A DNA stretch of 22,972 nt from Candidatus Methylomirabilia bacterium (GTDB taxonomy: Bacteria > Methylomirabilota > Methylomirabilia > Rokubacteriales > CSP1-6). Within the stretch, counting starts at the first letter, position 1. The number at the start of each line of letters is the position of its first letter. The stretch is taken from positions 1-22,972 of the forward strand of contig JBGQEL010000065.1 in NCBI GenBank assembly GCA_041496385.1, written 5' to 3'. Made by a program: the position numbers and the translations under genes. Positions 10,163 to 19,170 of the stretch are shown piece by piece. The notes beneath the pieces were generated by a model. The model did no database searches. It was not told the DNA's origin and worked only from the letters and a program-made list of their open reading frames with translations.

Positions 10163-11431
10163 CTACACCAGGAGGCGGAGCGGCGCCTCGAGGAGCCGCT
10201 TCAGATCCTGGAGGAAGCGCGCGCCCATCGCGCCGTCCATCACGCGGTGGTCGCAGGAGAGCGTCAGCATCATCCGCCGCCCGACGCCGAGGCCGGTATC
10301 CTCCACGACAGGGACGCGGCGCACCGAGCCCACCGCGAGGATCGCGCCCTCGGGCGGATTGATGATCGCCGAGAACTCGCTGACGTCGAACATCCCGAGG
10401 TTCGAGACCGAGAACGTGGCGCCCGAGAGCTCCGCGACCTTGAGCTTGCGAGCCCGGGCGCGCTCGGCGAGGTCGCGCGCCTCCACGGCGATCTGCGCGA
10501 GCGACTTCGCCTGGCAGTCGCGGAGGACCGGCGTGATCAGGCCGTCCTCGAGGGCCACCGCGATGCCGAGGTGGGCGCGGTGGTGGACCCGGATCGCGTC
10601 CCCCTGGAACGAGGCGTTGATCTCCGGGTGGGTCGTGAGCGTGAGCGCGCAGGCGCGCAGGACGAAATCGTTGAGCGAGATCTTCGGCTGTCCGTCGAGC
10701 GCGTTGAGCTCCTCGCGGAGGTCCCACGCGCGGTCCATCGCCACCTCACTCGTGACGTAGAAGTGCGGCACGGGCGCCTTCGAGAGCGGCATGCGCCGCG
10801 CGATCGCGGCGCGGATCTGCGTGAGCGGCCGGTCCTCGTACTCCGGGCCCGCCGCCGCGGGCGCCAGGGCCGCGGCCGCGACGGGCCCGCGGGGGACGGC
10901 CCTGGCGGCGTCGACGTCGCGGCGGACGATCCGCCCGCCCGGACCCGAGCCCTGGAGCAGTCGCAGGTCGACGCCCGACTGGGCGGCGATCTTCTTGGCC
11001 AACGGCGAGGCCTTGACGCGGCCGGCCGATGCGGGCACCGCGACGCTCAGAGCCGGCGCCGCCTGGGCGACGGCGGGCTGTGGCGGCGCCATCGCCGGCC
11101 GCGCGGCGGGACTCGCGGCGCTCGGGGGCGCCGCGGCCGGGACCGCCGCCCCGGCCGGCGCCGAGGCGAGCACGGCGGAGATGTCGTCGGCGGGCTCGGC
11201 GATGACGCCGATCAGCGCGCCGACGGTCGCCTTCTCACCCGCGGGGACGAGGATCTTGCGGAGGACCCCGGCGCCGAAGGCCTCCATCTCGACGTCGGCC
11301 TTGTCCGTCTCGACCTCGGCGAGGATGTCACCCGGCTGGATCCGCTCACCCTCTCTCTTGAGCCACGTGATGATCTTCCCGCTCTCCATCGCCTCGGAGA
11401 GCTTCGGCATGACGACCTTCGTGACGGCCAT
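10163..11431 (-). CDS. pdhC: Dihydrolipoamide acetyltransferase (E2), single lipoyl domain, 422 aa
   Basis: ATG at 11431 (MAVTKVVMPKLS). Lipoyl-Lys motif EVETDKA, Ala/Pro linker, E3-binding ASPLAKKIA...GSGPGGRI, catalytic SNLG and DHRVMDG. Confidence 0.94.
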   Translation of the reverse strand: MAVTKVVMPKLSEAMESGKIITWLKREGERIQPGDILAEVETDKADVEMEAFGAGVLRKILVPAGEKATVGALIGVIAEPADDISAVLASAPAGAAVPAAAPPSAASPAARPAMAPPQPAVAQAAPALSVAVPASAGRVKASPLAKKIAAQSGVDLRLLQGSGPGGRIVRRDVDAARAVPRGPVAAAALAPAAAGPEYEDRPLTQIRAAIARRMPLSKAPVPHFYVTSEVAMDRAWDLREELNALDGQPKISLNDFVLRACALTLTTHPEINASFQGDAIRVHHRAHLGIAVALEDGLITPVLRDCQAKSLAQIAVEARDLAERARARKLKVAELSGATFSVSNLGMFDVSEFSAIINPPEGAILAVGSVRRVPVVEDTGLGVGRRMMLTLSCDHRVMDGAMGARFLQDLKRLLEAPLRLLV

Positions 11432-11484
11432 GGTCAGCTCCCGTTCGCCCCGCACACGTGGCGGACCGCGGCGACGATCTTGTC

Positions 11485-12423
11485 TTACGTCGGTGTCTTG
11501 AGCTTCTCGAGGTTCTTCGCGTAGGGCATCGGGGCGTTGGCGCCGGTCACCCGTTCGACCGGCGCGTCGAGGTCGTCGAACGCGTGCTCGGTGACGAACG
11601 CGGCGATCTCGGAGCCCATGCCCGCGAACCCGGCGCCCGCCTCGACGACCACGGCCCGGTGGGTTTTCCGTACCGAGCCGATGATCGTGTCGGTGTCCAT
11701 GGGCCGGAGGGTCCGCGGATCCACCAGCTCGACGGAGATGCCGTCCCGGGCGAGCTCCTCTGCCGCCTCCATCGCGCGGTACATCATGCCCATGTAGGCG
11801 ATGACGGTGACGTCCGTCCCCTGGCGCCGGACGATCGCGCGGCCCAGCGGGATCAGGAAGTCCGGATCGTCGGGCACCTCGCCCTTGACGTGGTAGAGCG
11901 TCTCCGACTCGATGAAGATCACCGGATTGTCGTCGCGGATCGACGACTTCAGCAGACCCTTGGCGTCTTCCGGTGTCGTCGGGCGGACGACCTTCAGTCC
12001 CGGCACGTGATAGAAGTACGTCTCCATGGACTGCGAGTGCTGCGCGGCGAGCTGCGCCGCCGGCCCGCCCGGCCCCCGGATCACCAGCGGGACGTTGAAC
12101 TGCCCGCCCGACATGTAGTTGAGCTTCGCCGCGGTGTTGACGATCTGGTCGATCGCGACCAGCGAGAAGTTGAACGTCATCATCTCGACGACGGGCCGCA
12201 GCCCGACCATCGCCGCCCCGATGCCGACGCCCGTGAACCCCGACTCGCAGATCGGCGTGTCCACGACGCGCCTCGGGCCGAACTCCTTGAGGAGGCCCTG
12301 GGTGACCTTGTAGGCGCCGTCGTAGAGCCCGACCTCCTCGCCGATGATGAGGACGCGCGGGTCGCGCTGCATCTCCTCGCGCAGCGCCGCGTTCAGGGCC
12401 TCGCGATACGTCATCACCGCCAT
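11485..12423 (-). CDS. pdhB: Pyruvate dehydrogenase E1 beta subunit; ends at an apparently premature TAA (homologous frame continues to TGA at 11434)
   Basis: TYREALN, GEEVG..GAYKVT, DTPICE.G, AAQHSQ, PMPYAKNLE. After the TAA the frame reads DKIVAAVRHVCGANGS*, resembling the usual E1-beta terminal helix. Confidence 0.93.
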   Translation of the reverse strand: MAVMTYREALNAALREEMQRDPRVLIIGEEVGLYDGAYKVTQGLLKEFGPRRVVDTPICESGFTGVGIGAAMVGLRPVVEMMTFNFSLVAIDQIVNTAAKLNYMSGGQFNVPLVIRGPGGPAAQLAAQHSQSMETYFYHVPGLKVVRPTTPEDAKGLLKSSIRDDNPVIFIESETLYHVKGEVPDDPDFLIPLGRAIVRRQGTDVTVIAYMGMMYRAMEAAEELARDGISVELVDPRTLRPMDTDTIIGSVRKTHRAVVVEAGAGFAGMGSEIAAFVTEHAFDDLDAPVERVTGANAPMPYAKNLEKLKTPT

Positions 12424-12424
12424 C

Positions 12425-13432
12425 TCAGGCCTCCTTGTAGATGTCGGTGAAGAGCCACTCGGACGGGGGCTCGGGCGAGGCCTCGGCGAACGCGACGGCC
12501 TCGTCGATCCGGTCGCTGGCGTCCTTCTCGATCGCCCGGATGTCCGCCTCGGTGAGCGCGCCGGCCGCGAGCGCGCGCTCGCGGAACAGGAGGATCGGGT
12601 CGCGCTGCTTCTCGTGCTCGACCTCCTCCTTCGTGCGGTACACGGCGCCCGCCGGATCGCGCATCGAGTGGCCCCGGAAGCGGTAGGTGTCCGCCTCGAT
12701 GAGCGACGGCGTTTTGTCGCGGCGCGCGCGCTCCGCGGCGCGCCCGACCACCTCGCGGACCGCCAGGACGTCCATGCCGTCCACCTTCTCGGACGGGATG
12801 CCGTAGGTCTGACCGAACTTCCAGATCTGCGTCTGCGCGAGCGCCCGCTCGACCGAGGTCCCCATCGCGTACCGGTTGTTCTCGCAGAGATAGATGACGG
12901 GCAGCTTCCAGAGCGCGGCGAGGTTCAGCGACTCGTGGAACTCGCCCTGCGGCACGGCGCCGTCACCGAAGTAGCAGACGATCACCTGGTCGCGCTCCTC
13001 GTACTTGATCGCGAAGGCGACGCCCGCCGCGACCGGCAGGTGCGCGCCGACGATCGCGTGGCCGCCCAGGAAGTTCACGCTCTTGTCGAAGAGGTGCATC
13101 GAGCCGCCCTTGCCCTTGGACAGGCCGTCACGGCGGCCGAACAGCTCGGCCATCATCCGCTTCGGGTCCGAGCCCTTCGCCAGGCAGTGGCCGTGCTCGC
13201 GGTACGCGGAGATCGCGTAGTCGTCGGGGCGGAGCGCGGAGGTCGCCCCGACCGCCACGGCCTCCTCGCCGATGTAGAGGTGGAGGAAGCCGCCGACCTT
13301 GCCGAGCGCATACGCCTCGGCCGCCTTCTCCTCGAACCGCCGGATCAGGAGCATGTCGCTCAGGAGCTGCCTCGCCAGCTCCGGCTCGAGGGTCGCTCCG
13401 GTCGCTCGTTGTGGCGCCATCGTCTTGGCCAT
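12425..13432 (-). CDS. pdhA: Pyruvate dehydrogenase E1 alpha subunit, 335 aa
   Basis: GFLHLYIGEEA, YREH, GKGGSMH, TPP motif GDGA...ENN, TYRFRGHSM.DP. SD CAGGAGG upstream. Confidence 0.95.
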   Translation of the reverse strand: MAKTMAPQRATGATLEPELARQLLSDMLLIRRFEEKAAEAYALGKVGGFLHLYIGEEAVAVGATSALRPDDYAISAYREHGHCLAKGSDPKRMMAELFGRRDGLSKGKGGSMHLFDKSVNFLGGHAIVGAHLPVAAGVAFAIKYEERDQVIVCYFGDGAVPQGEFHESLNLAALWKLPVIYLCENNRYAMGTSVERALAQTQIWKFGQTYGIPSEKVDGMDVLAVREVVGRAAERARRDKTPSLIEADTYRFRGHSMRDPAGAVYRTKEEVEHEKQRDPILLFRERALAAGALTEADIRAIEKDASDRIDEAVAFAEASPEPPSEWLFTDIYKEA

Positions 13433-13444
13433 ACGGACCTCCTG

Positions 13445-13750
13445 CTACCAGCGCATCAGGCTGAGATCGTCCACGGACAGCCGCCGGCGAAGCCGGAAGA
13501 TTGTGACGATGATGGCGAGCCCAACCGCCACCTCCGCCGCCGCGACGGCCATCACGAAGAAGACCAGGGCCTGGCCATCGGCGTTCCCGATCCTGTGGCC
13601 GAAAGCCACGAAGGCCAGGTTCGCCGCATTGAGCATCAGCTCGATGGACATGAACATCACGAGGGGATTGCGGCGCACGACGACACCGGTCACGCCGATG
13701 GCGAACAGCACCGCCGAGAGCGCGACGTACCAGGACTCGGGGACCGTCAT
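13445..13750 (-). CDS. nuoK: NADH-quinone oxidoreductase subunit K
   Basis: 101 aa, three TM helices, [25 protein letters not shown]. Confidence 0.96.
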   Translation of the reverse strand: MTVPESWYVALSAVLFAIGVTGVVVRRNPLVMFMSIELMLNAANLAFVAFGHRIGNADGQALVFFVMAVAAAEVAVGLAIIVTIFRLRRRLSVDDLSLMRW

Positions 13751-13753
13751 GAC

Positions 13754-14248
13754 TCAGGCCCGCCGGCGCGCCAGGAGCAGCACGCCCACCATCGCGGCGA
13801 GGAGCAGCACCGACGTCAGCTCGAAGGGAAACAGGTACCGGGTGAAGAGCACGCGGGCGATCGCCTCGACGCCGCCGGGCACGGCCGGGACCCCCGGCCC
13901 CGCCGGTGCGGCGAGTCCGCGCACGACCAGCAGCAGCTGGAAGGCGAGGAGCGCGCCCGCGGGCAGCGCCAGCAGGCGCCAGCCGCGCCGGGGGTCCGGA
14001 CCCGTCTCCTCCTTGCCCGGGATCAGCACCATGATCGCGAACACGAAGAGCACCATGATCGCGCCGGCGTACACGATGACCTGGGCGGCCGCGAGGAACT
14101 CGGCGCCGAGCGTCAGGTAGAGGGCGGCGACGGCGCCGAGGTTCACCACGAGGAAGAGGGCGCCGTGGATCGCATTGCGCTTGAGCACGAGGCCGAGCGC
14201 CGAGCCGACCGCGAGGGTCGCGATCACGAAAAACGCCAGGCGGGCCAT
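13754..14248 (-). CDS. nuoJ: NADH-quinone oxidoreductase subunit J
   Basis: Starts MARLAFFVIA, overlapping the nuoI stop (TGATG). AEFLAAAQVIVYAGAIMVLFVF and YLFPFELTSVLLL. Confidence 0.94.
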   Translation of the reverse strand: MARLAFFVIATLAVGSALGLVLKRNAIHGALFLVVNLGAVAALYLTLGAEFLAAAQVIVYAGAIMVLFVFAIMVLIPGKEETGPDPRRGWRLLALPAGALLAFQLLLVVRGLAAPAGPGVPAVPGGVEAIARVLFTRYLFPFELTSVLLLAAMVGVLLLARRRA

Positions 14249-14787
14249 CACGGCCTCCGGTCGGCCGGGATCGGGACCGGCGACCGCGGGCGGCCGTCGG
14301 GCCCCGCGGCCTCGAGGGCGAGCAGGGTCTCCTTGGTGTAGATCATGCCGCCGCGGGTGTACGCGGCGAACTCGAGGATACCGGTGTCCATCCGGATCGC
14401 GTCCTCCGGGCAGGCCTCGACGCAATAGCCGCAGAAGACGCACTTGCCGACGTCGATGTCGAAGCGGGCCGGGACCTTCTCGATCTCCGGGTTCGGGTGC
14501 TCGGCGGCGATGATGTAGATGCAGTGCGCGGGGCACACCGTCTCGCACATCATGCACGCCACGCAGCGCGGCGAGCCGTCCTCGCGTCGGACCAGGCGGT
14601 GGAGCGAGCGCAGGCGGGGTGAGTAGGGCCGCCGCTCCTCCGGGTACTGGATCGTCACCGCGCCCCGCGCGCCCTTCCCACCGAGGGCGCGCGCCGTGTG
14701 CCGGGCCATGTTGCGGAAGAAGTGCGTCGCGGTCAGCACGACGCCCGCGAGGGCCTCGACGAGATAGAAGCGCTGGCGGAATTTCAC
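14248..14787 (-). CDS. nuoI: NADH-quinone oxidoreductase subunit I (2x[4Fe-4S])
   Basis: GTG at 14787 overlaps the nuoH stop. TIQYPEE, CVACMMCETVCP and CVFCGYCVEACP. Confidence 0.94.
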   Translation of the reverse strand: MKFRQRFYLVEALAGVVLTATHFFRNMARHTARALGGKGARGAVTIQYPEERRPYSPRLRSLHRLVRREDGSPRCVACMMCETVCPAHCIYIIAAEHPNPEIEKVPARFDIDVGKCVFCGYCVEACPEDAIRMDTGILEFAAYTRGGMIYTKETLLALEAAGPDGRPRSPVPIPADRRP

Positions 14788-15878
14788 CGGGATCCCCACG
14801 CCAGGAGCAGCAGCCCGGTCAGCACGATGTTGGCGACGGAGAGCGGGAAGAGCCCGAGCCAGCCCAGGCGCATCGCCTGATCGTAGCGGAAGCGCGGCAA
14901 CGTCCAGCGGATCAGCATCATGAAGAAGATCATCGCACCGACCTTCGCCGTGAAGGCGCCGACCTGCAGGAGGACGACGAGCAGGTGGGGCAGCGCCCAC
15001 GCCGAGCCCCACGGGAAGCGGAAGCCGTCGGCGGCGAGGTACGGGACCTGCCAGCCGCCGAGGAAGAGCGACGTCGTCATGCCGGCGATGACCACCGTCT
15101 CGAGAAAGTCGGCCATCATGAACATGCCGGCCTTCATCCCGCTGTACTCGACGAAGTAGCCGATGATCTCCGATTCGCACTCCGGCGTGTCGAAGGGGGC
15201 CCGCTTCGTCGCCGCGATGCCCGCGGTGAGGAAGAGGACGAACGCCAGCGGCTGCGTGACGATGCCCCAGGCGGGCAGCCAGCCCCAGAGGAGCCGCCCC
15301 TGCCCGCGCACGATGTCCATCATGTTGAGCGAGCCGTAGATCATGACCACGCCCATGATCGAGGCGCCGATCGCGATCTCGGAGGAGATCATGAGCGCCG
15401 CCGCGCGCTGGCCGCCGAGCAGCGCGTAGTTGTTGGCCGAGGACCAGCCCGCCATCATCACGCCGTACACGCCGAGCGAGAGCATCGCGAACACGTAGAG
15501 CACGCCGACGTTGAGGGTGACGGCCTGGAGCGGGATCTCGCGCCCGGCGACGCGGAGCGTGTCGCCGAACGGGATCGACGCGAACGCCACGAGCCCGAAG
15601 AACACGGAGACGAACGGCGCCAGCCAGAACAGGAGCCGGTCGGCGTGCGCCGGCCGGAAGTCCTCCTTGGTCAGCAGCTTGATCGCATCGGCGATGGGAT
15701 GGAAGAGGCCGAACGCGCGGACGCCCAGGATGGACGCGCGGTTGGCGCCGATCCGGTCCTGCATGATCGCGGACTGCTTGCGCTCGACCCAGCCCAGGAG
15801 CCCGCCCAGGTTCAGGACGAACATCATCACGAAGGCGACGCGCGCGAAGACGATCCCGAGGTCGGCGGCGGCGCTCAT
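14784..15878 (-). CDS. nuoH: NADH-quinone oxidoreductase subunit H
   Basis: ATG at 15878 overlaps the nuoG stop. ERK..A..QDRIG, ADAIKLLTKE, RAPFD..E.ESE, EYSG, PRFRYDQ. Confidence 0.95.
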   Translation of the reverse strand: MSAAADLGIVFARVAFVMMFVLNLGGLLGWVERKQSAIMQDRIGANRASILGVRAFGLFHPIADAIKLLTKEDFRPAHADRLLFWLAPFVSVFFGLVAFASIPFGDTLRVAGREIPLQAVTLNVGVLYVFAMLSLGVYGVMMAGWSSANNYALLGGQRAAALMISSEIAIGASIMGVVMIYGSLNMMDIVRGQGRLLWGWLPAWGIVTQPLAFVLFLTAGIAATKRAPFDTPECESEIIGYFVEYSGMKAGMFMMADFLETVVIAGMTTSLFLGGWQVPYLAADGFRFPWGSAWALPHLLVVLLQVGAFTAKVGAMIFFMMLIRWTLPRFRYDQAMRLGWLGLFPLSVANIVLTGLLLLAWGSR

Positions 15879-17461
15879 CGGGCCACCATCTGGCCGGCGT
15901 CGCCGACGGACTGGTACGAGAGCCCGGCGAAGGCCGGGACGGCGGCGGCGAGCTCCCGGAACCAGCGCTCCGCGCGGGGCGGCCGCGGCCCGCCGCCGAG
16001 CGCCTCCAGCACGCGGCCGAGGATCTCCCACTCGGGCAGCGCCTGGCCGAGCGGCTCGACCGCCTGACGGAAGCGCTGCACGCGGCCCTCGAAGTTGGTG
16101 TACGTCCCCTCGCGCTCCACCCACGCCGCGGCGGGCAGCACCCAGTGGGCGCGCTCGCTCGTGGCGTTGCCGTTCGGCCCCACCCAGATGACCGTCTCCA
16201 CCGCGGCGAGCGCGGCGCGCACGTCCGCCCCGGGGAGCCCGCTCGCGAAGAGGTCGTGGCCGAAGATCCAGAGGCACGTCACCTGGCGCGCGCGGGCGGC
16301 GGCGAGGATCGCCCCCGCGTCGCCGCCGAGCCCGAGGAGCTCCGCGCCGCGAGCGTTCGGGTGCTTGTCCGCGCGGATCAGGAAGTCGTCCTGGTCGCCC
16401 GGCGTCGCGGGCGGCACGCGGAAGGCGACCCGGCGGACGCCCTGGAGCTCGAGCACGCGCCGGAGGGCGAAGAGGTCCTCGTTCGCCATCGCCGGCGAGG
16501 CGAGCACGCCGATCGCGTCGGGCGCGTGCCGTCCGAGCGCGGCGGCGACGGCCGCGACCGCCTCGTCCCAGCTCGCGTCGGCGACCGCGCCCGCGTCACG
16601 GCGGACGGGCTGCACGAGCCGCGTCGTGTCGTCCACCGACCCAAAGCCGTAGCGCCCGGCGTCGCAGATCCACCACCGGTTCACGTCGGCGTTGAAGCGC
16701 GGCTTGAGCCGCGCGACACGGCGGCCGTCGTTGTGGTGGGGGCGCCGGCGGTTGACGTGCACCTCGATGTTGCAGCCGCGCGCGCACCCGGGACAGACCG
16801 ACTTCGCCGTGTCCAGGTACCAGACGCGGACGGCGAACCGGAAGTCGCGGTCGGTCAGGGCTCCGACCGGACAGATGTCCACGACGTTCGCGGAGTACGG
16901 GTTGGCGAGCTCCGTGCCGGGGAAGAGGCCGATCTCGGACTCGTCGCCCCGGTGGAAGATCCCGAGCTCGCCCGTCCCCGTGATCTCGTCGCAGAAGCGA
17001 ACGCAGCGCGAGCACAGGATGCAGCGCTCGGCGTCGAGCATGACGTGCGGCCCGAGCGGCACGGCCTTGGGCTTGTGCACCTTCTCGTCCGTCATGCGCG
17101 GATCGTAGAGGCCGTGCTTCATGTAGTAGATCTGCAGCCAGCACTCCCCCGCCTGGTCGCACACCGGGCAGTCGAGCGGGTGGTTGATGAGGTGGAACTC
17201 CATGATCGACCGGCGCGTCTCCTTGATGCGGTCGGTCTCGGTCCACACCGCCATCCCGTCGGCCGCCTGGGTGTTGCACGCGATCGTCGGCCGCGGCGTC
17301 TTCTCGATGTCCACCATGCAGAGCCGGCACTGCCCGGCGATGGAGAGACCGGGGTGGTAGCAGTAGTGGGGCACCTCGACGCCGACCGTCCGCGCCGCCT
17401 CGATGAGGTTCGTCCCCGCGGGGACCTCGATCTCCGTGCCGTTGATCGTCAGCTTGGGCAT
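15875..17461 (-). CDS. nuoG: NADH-quinone oxidoreductase subunit G (short form, 528 aa)
   Basis: CYH..LSIAGQCRLC...C (N1b), HPLDCPVCDQAGEC (N5), CILCSRC...CPVGAL (N4), CPGCARGC...C (N7-type), LPAAAWVEREGTYTNFEGRVQR. Confidence 0.93.
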   Translation of the reverse strand: MPKLTINGTEIEVPAGTNLIEAARTVGVEVPHYCYHPGLSIAGQCRLCMVDIEKTPRPTIACNTQAADGMAVWTETDRIKETRRSIMEFHLINHPLDCPVCDQAGECWLQIYYMKHGLYDPRMTDEKVHKPKAVPLGPHVMLDAERCILCSRCVRFCDEITGTGELGIFHRGDESEIGLFPGTELANPYSANVVDICPVGALTDRDFRFAVRVWYLDTAKSVCPGCARGCNIEVHVNRRRPHHNDGRRVARLKPRFNADVNRWWICDAGRYGFGSVDDTTRLVQPVRRDAGAVADASWDEAVAAVAAALGRHAPDAIGVLASPAMANEDLFALRRVLELQGVRRVAFRVPPATPGDQDDFLIRADKHPNARGAELLGLGGDAGAILAAARARQVTCLWIFGHDLFASGLPGADVRAALAAVETVIWVGPNGNATSERAHWVLPAAAWVEREGTYTNFEGRVQRFRQAVEPLGQALPEWEILGRVLEALGGGPRPPRAERWFRELAAAVPAFAGLSYQSVGDAGQMVAR

Positions 17462-17464
17462 GGG

Positions 17465-18691
17465 CTATGTCGGTATCAGCGCCTCGAACTCGGCGCGGAA
17501 TTTCTCGATGTACGAGATGTACGGCCCGACCGCGCCGTCGTAGAAGGCGCAGATGGTCGTGCCCGCGCCCCGCCGGGCGACGTCGAGGATCTTGTCGAGA
17601 TCGTCCTTCGTGCCGTGCCCGTCGACGATCCGGTGGGACATCTTGTAGATCCAGCCGGTCGACTCGCGGCACGGCGTGCACTGCCCGCAGCTCTCGTGCG
17701 CGTAGAAGCGCGCCACCACCATGAGCGCCTCGGGAATCGACACGGTCTCGTCCATCACGATGACGCCGGCCGAGCCCGCCATGGTCCCCGCGTTCCGGAG
17801 CCCGTCCACGTCCAGCGTCACGTCGATCTCGTCGGCGCGGAGGATCGGCGCCGACGAGCCGCCCGGCACGACCGCCTTGAGCCGGCCGTTGCCCGTGACG
17901 CCGCCGGCCAGGTCGTAGACGAGCTGACGCAGCGTGATGGCGACCGACGCCTCGTAGATGCCCGGGCGCTTCACGCGTCCGGACACGGAGTAGATCCGCG
18001 TCCCGCCCTGGGTCTTGGTGCCCAGCGAGGCGAACCACGCGGCGCCGCGGTTGAGGATGTGCGGCACGTGGCAGATCGTCTCCACGTTGTTCACGATCGT
18101 CGGCATGCCGAAGGCGCCCTTGATCGCCGGGAAGGGAGGCTTGACCTTCGGCCACCCTTTCTTCCCCTCGAGCGAGGAGATGAGCCCGGTCTCCTCGCCG
18201 CAGATGTAGGCGCCGGCGCCCCGGTGCACCACGATGTCGAAGCCCCTCCCGAGGTACCCGGCGTCGTAGGCCTCGCGGACCGCGCCGACGAAGCGCCGCC
18301 AGGGCTCGACGTACTCGCCGCGGATGTACACGAAGGCCGTCGCCGAGCGGATGGCGCGCGCGGCGATCAGCATGCCCTCGATGAGCGCGTGCGGGTCGCG
18401 CTCGAGGAGGTAGCGGTCCTTGAACGTCCCGGGCTCGCCCTCGTCGGCGTTGATGACCAGGTAGACCGGGCCCGTGTGGGTCTTCGGAATGAACCCCCAC
18501 TTCGTCCCCGTCGGAAAGCCGGCGCCGCCGAGGCCCCGGAGGTTCGACCGCTTGACCTCGTCCGTGATCGCCGCCGGCTCCATGGCCTGCGCCTTCGGCC
18601 AGGCCGTGTAGCCGCCGGTCTCGAGATAAGCGGCCAGCGTGTGGGCGTCCGCGCGGCCGAAGTTGCGCGTGAGGATCGCCTCGGTGGTCAC
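17465..18691 (-). CDS. nuoF: NADH-quinone oxidoreductase subunit F (FMN/NADH-binding)
   Basis: GTG at 18691 overlaps the nuoE stop. LRGLGGAGFPTG.KW, NADEGEPGTFKDR, GAGAYICGEET, NNVET, ESCGQCTPCRE...C. Confidence 0.95.
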   Translation of the reverse strand: MTTEAILTRNFGRADAHTLAAYLETGGYTAWPKAQAMEPAAITDEVKRSNLRGLGGAGFPTGTKWGFIPKTHTGPVYLVINADEGEPGTFKDRYLLERDPHALIEGMLIAARAIRSATAFVYIRGEYVEPWRRFVGAVREAYDAGYLGRGFDIVVHRGAGAYICGEETGLISSLEGKKGWPKVKPPFPAIKGAFGMPTIVNNVETICHVPHILNRGAAWFASLGTKTQGGTRIYSVSGRVKRPGIYEASVAITLRQLVYDLAGGVTGNGRLKAVVPGGSSAPILRADEIDVTLDVDGLRNAGTMAGSAGVIVMDETVSIPEALMVVARFYAHESCGQCTPCRESTGWIYKMSHRIVDGHGTKDDLDKILDVARRGAGTTICAFYDGAVGPYISYIEKFRAEFEALIPT

Positions 18692-19170
18692 CGGAGCCCC
18701 TCGAGGATCGCGTCGACCCGCGGCGGCGTCAGGTCGAACTCGTAGCGGTCGTCCACTTGCATCATCGGCGCCCGCTCGCAGGCGCAGAGGCACTCGACCG
18801 AGAGGAGCGTGACGCGGCCGTCGTCGGTCGTCTCGCCGACGTCGACGCCGAGGCGCGCCTTGAGGTGCTCGACGATGGTCCGCGCGCCGGCGAGGTGGCA
18901 GGAGAGGTTGTGGCAGACGGCGACGACGTGGCGCCCCTTCGGCTTCTGGAAGTAGAGCGTGTAGAAGGTCACGACCTCGTGGACGTGGGCGGGCGACAGC
19001 CCGAAGAGGCCGGCCACGTATTCCTCCGCCTCGAGCGACACGTACCCGAACGTCTCCTGCGCCATGTCCAGGACCGGGAGCAGCGCGCCGCGCGGGTCGG
19101 GGTAGAGCCCCTGGAGCCGCCGCACCTCCACGAGCTGCGCCTCCGAAAAGGCCAGCGTGGACGGGCTCAC
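18688..19170 (-). CDS. nuoE: NADH-quinone oxidoreductase subunit E ([2Fe-2S])
   Basis: VVTFYTLY, CHNLSC, ECLCACERAP. Confidence 0.94.
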   Translation of the reverse strand: MSPSTLAFSEAQLVEVRRLQGLYPDPRGALLPVLDMAQETFGYVSLEAEEYVAGLFGLSPAHVHEVVTFYTLYFQKPKGRHVVAVCHNLSCHLAGARTIVEHLKARLGVDVGETTDDGRVTLLSVECLCACERAPMMQVDDRYEFDLTPPRVDAILEGLR

